DNA from: Acidobacteriaceae bacterium
GTDB taxonomy: Bacteria; Acidobacteriota; Terriglobia; Terriglobales; Acidobacteriaceae
Length of the DNA stretch: 64,000 bases
Assembly: GCA_036267095.1 (NCBI GenBank)
Contig: DATAWS010000024.1
Span: forward strand, 21,670 to 85,669
Direction of reading: 5' to 3'
The notes under the pieces are model-generated. The model was given only the letters and a program-made list of their open reading frames with translations. It made no database searches and was not told where the DNA came from. Below are positions 61,888 through 64,000 of the stretch, one piece after another. Made by a program: the position numbers and the translations under genes. How positions within the stretch are numbered: the stretch's first letter is position 1; each line of letters opens with the position of its first letter.

Positions 61888-61922
61888 AAAGAGGTCTCGC
61901 CGTGGGGCGAGACCTCTTTTTG
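61888..61922 (+). terminator. rho-independent terminator after the BON gene
   Basis: aaagaggtctcgcc-gtgg-ggcgagacctcttt followed by ttgcc, a 14-bp perfect stem. The ubiA-like ATG follows at 61925. Confidence 0.85.
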
Positions 61923-61924
61923 CC

Positions 61925-62785
61925 ATGGCTCTGCTGCACAATATCCGCACCACGTTCGAAATGATCAAGTGGGAGCACTCGGTGTTCGCGCTCCCCTTCG
62001 CGCTCACCGGCGCGATGCTGGCGGCTCATGGAGTGCCGCGGGCAGCCACGCTGGGGTGGATTGTGGTGTGCATGATCGCCGCGCGTTCGGCAGCTATGGC
62101 GTTTAACCGCTGGGCCGACGCTGATCTGGACGCGGCCAATCCGCGCACCCGCATGCGCGCGATTCCCGCCGGGATCCTTAAGCGGCGATTCGCGGCCGGA
62201 TTCACGGTGTGCATGTCGGCGGTGTTTCTGATAGGTGCGTGGAGGCTGAACCGGCTGACTCTGCTGCTGTCGCCCGTCGTTCTGGCGGTGTTGTTCCTTT
62301 ACTCCTACACCAAGCGGTTCACGCGCTGGTCGCATCTTTTTCTGGGGCTGGCGCTGGGGCTGGCGCCGGCGGGAGCGTGGATCGCGGTGCGGGGCTCGCT
62401 GGATCCGCGCATTCTGGTGCTGACCGGCGCGGTGCTGTTCTGGGTCGCGGGGTTCGATGTGCTCTACGCCTGCCAGGACGAAGCCCACGATCGCGGCTGC
62501 GGTTTGCTGAGCGTGCCGGCGACGCTGGGGCTGACGGCGGCGTTCTGGATTGCGCGGCTGATGCACGCGGCGATGCTGGCGCTGCTGGTTGTTCTGGCGC
62601 TGCTGTTCCATCTGGGCCCGATTGCGGGCGTGGGAATTGTTGCCGTGGCCGGGTTGCTGCTGTGGGAGCACACGATCGTGTCGCCGCGTGATCTGAGCCG
62701 GATGAACGCCGCCTTCTTTACGATGAACGGTGTGATCGCGGTGATCTTCTTCGTGTTCGTCGCGGCCGATCTGCTGGTGCGCTGA
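61925..62785 (+). CDS. UbiA-family 4-hydroxybenzoate/prenylquinone polyprenyltransferase
   Basis: 286 aa. ..IKWEHSVFALPFAL.., Asp-rich motifs NRWADADLD and ..YACQDEAHD.., 8-9 TM helices. It could be the menaquinone (futalosine-route) prenyltransferase rather than ubiA proper. Confidence 0.75.
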   Translation: MALLHNIRTTFEMIKWEHSVFALPFALTGAMLAAHGVPRAATLGWIVVCMIAARSAAMAFNRWADADLDAANPRTRMRAIPAGILKRRFAAGFTVCMSAVFLIGAWRLNRLTLLLSPVVLAVLFLYSYTKRFTRWSHLFLGLALGLAPAGAWIAVRGSLDPRILVLTGAVLFWVAGFDVLYACQDEAHDRGCGLLSVPATLGLTAAFWIARLMHAAMLALLVVLALLFHLGPIAGVGIVAVAGLLLWEHTIVSPRDLSRMNAAFFTMNGVIAVIFFVFVAADLLVR

Positions 62786-62872
62786 GGCGCCTGGACAGAA
62801 GCGGGCTGGCGGGCGAGAATGCTGCCGGGCGGCGACGGCGCACGTCTGAGCAGGGTTTGAGCGAGGTACGAT

Positions 62873-63265
62873 ATGGAAAATCAGGGCACGGCTTTGGGCG
62901 AGATCGGGCAAATTGCGCTTACGGTACCTGATCTGGAAGAGGCCAAAGCGTTTTACCGCGACGTGCTGGGGATTCCGTTTCTTTTCGATGCGGGCACGGT
63001 GGCGTTCTTCCAGTGTGGAGCGGTGCGGCTGCTGATCGGCGCCGCGGAGCCGGGCAATCCTAGCGCGCCCGTGGCGGGAACGATCCTGTATTTCCGGGTT
63101 GGCGATCTGCCGGCGGTCGCGGCCGCGCTCCGGGAGAAAGGTGTGGTGTTTGTGCAGGAACCCCATCTGGTGGCGAAGATGGCGGACCACGATCTGTGGC
63201 TGGCGTTCTTCCAGGATCCGGCGGGACATACGCTGGGCCTGATGAGCGAGCTGCCGCGCTCGTAA
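62873..63265 (+). CDS. VOC (glyoxalase/bleomycin resistance/dioxygenase) family protein
   Basis: 130 aa. ..IGQIALTVPDLEEAKAFYRDVLGIPFLFD.. and ..LWLAFFQDPAGHTLGLM.. are typical VOC beta-alpha-beta-beta-beta modules. Confidence 0.8.
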   Translation: MENQGTALGEIGQIALTVPDLEEAKAFYRDVLGIPFLFDAGTVAFFQCGAVRLLIGAAEPGNPSAPVAGTILYFRVGDLPAVAAALREKGVVFVQEPHLVAKMADHDLWLAFFQDPAGHTLGLMSELPRS

Positions 63266-63295
63266 GGGCGGTCATCGAAGGCGGCGAACCCGGGA

Positions 63296-63769
63296 TCAGT
63301 TTTCGCGTGCCAGCACGACCACGAGGATAATGCCGCACAGCATCACGGCCTCTTCCAGATGTTCTGACTGATGGTGCAGCCGGTTGAAGTCGGCGTGGCG
63401 CGGGTCGGTGGGAGGAACGCTGTCGATGGCTCCGCCGGCGGCGATGCGATCCTTCTCCATGCGCGGGATGATGGAGAACTGCGAGAACGCGGTGAGGCCG
63501 AGCATGATGAGGGTGACGGCGATTCCGATGAAGGCGGTGCGCCGGTAGACGCGTGCCGCGACGCCGATGGCGATGAAGAGCACGAGGATGCAGCCGGCGA
63601 AGAGTCCTTCATGATGGAGGACGCCGAGCGATTTGGCGACCACGGTTCCAGCGGCATGGGTATCGGCGATGCTGCTGAAGGCGGCCCACGCGGTGATGGG
63701 GAAGAAGAACAGGCCACCGAGCCAGACAACAAGCGCCAGCCAGACGATGGTGCGGATGAGCGTTTTCAT
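63296..63769 (-). CDS. DUF4149 (TMEM205-like) membrane protein
   Basis: 157 aa with 4 TM helices. N-terminus MKTLIRTIVWLALVVWLGGLFFF...AAF resembles the DUF4149 family. Confidence 0.6.
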   Translation of the reverse strand: MKTLIRTIVWLALVVWLGGLFFFPITAWAAFSSIADTHAAGTVVAKSLGVLHHEGLFAGCILVLFIAIGVAARVYRRTAFIGIAVTLIMLGLTAFSQFSIIPRMEKDRIAAGGAIDSVPPTDPRHADFNRLHHQSEHLEEAVMLCGIILVVVLAREN

Positions 63770-63837
63770 GCTGAACAGGGTACCGCGAAGAGCCTTTGGG
63801 ATGCAGAGAAAAGCGCGGACTGGTAGAGTGGCGGCCT

Positions 63838-64000
63838 ATGAGAAGAACGATCGTCCTGTTCGTCTGCTGTGCGGCGGGGGTTGCGTGGTTTGCGGCGACG
63901 GCCGGCGCGCAATTGCTGCTGATCGCCAACCAGGGCGACCACACGCTGAGCCTTCTTTCGCCGGATTCGGGGCAAACGGTAGCCACAGTAGTGGAGGGAG
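63838..64000 (+). CDS. secreted beta-propeller repeat (YncE/YVTN-like) protein, N-terminal fragment
   Basis: ATG at 63838. Signal peptide MRRTIVLFVCCAAGVAWFAATAGAQ, then LLLIANQGDHTLSLLSPDSGQTVATVVEG (a YVTN-type blade). Runs off the window end. Confidence 0.5.
   Translation, partial: MRRTIVLFVCCAAGVAWFAATAGAQLLLIANQGDHTLSLLSPDSGQTVATVVEG

Overview
This is a 64-kb, high-GC (about 60-65% by eye) bacterial chromosomal segment with dense coding on both strands. The gene content points to Acidobacteriota of the Terriglobia type. It has three paralogous ADOP-type duplicated FtsX/MacB-like permeases, one preceded by an acidobacterial-type PadR regulator. It also has a giant beta-helix/Ig-repeat surface protein and abundant G-rich intergenic repeats.

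I call about 52 protein genes:
- Housekeeping: acnA 3' end, purD, ychF, cysK/cysE, recO, glnA, a ThiF-like E1, a bamA-surA_N-tamB envelope operon and a UbiA-like prenyltransferase.
- Carbohydrate: a ROK kinase, a treZ-GH15-glucose dehydrogenase cluster and a GH43 enzyme.
- Transport: ZIP, TauE/DUF1634 and MlaEF.
- Regulation: PadR, TetR, and a PDZ-GAF-PAS histidine kinase with a sigma54-type response regulator.
- One mazEF-like toxin-antitoxin pair wedged between cysK and cysE.

I recognised no rRNA, tRNA, CRISPR array, transposase, integrase or phage gene. Most ORF-track entries are antisense or off-frame shadow ORFs typical of high-GC DNA.

I could not identify a clear-cut novel multi-gene system. 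The best follow-up candidates are:
- an orphan HslV/proteasome-beta-like Ntn hydrolase with a C-terminal extension (22293-23144);
- the PDZ-sensor kinase/NtrC/MlaEF block, which has no MlaD;
- the giant beta-helix/Ig protein translationally coupled to a small OM beta-barrel;
- an Lnt-like CN-hydrolase interrupted by an in-frame TGA;
- three intergenic repeat families: a double-hairpin REP-like element, G-rich heptamer arrays, and degenerate multi-unit arrays.

All homology statements rest on my reading of the translations, not on database searches.
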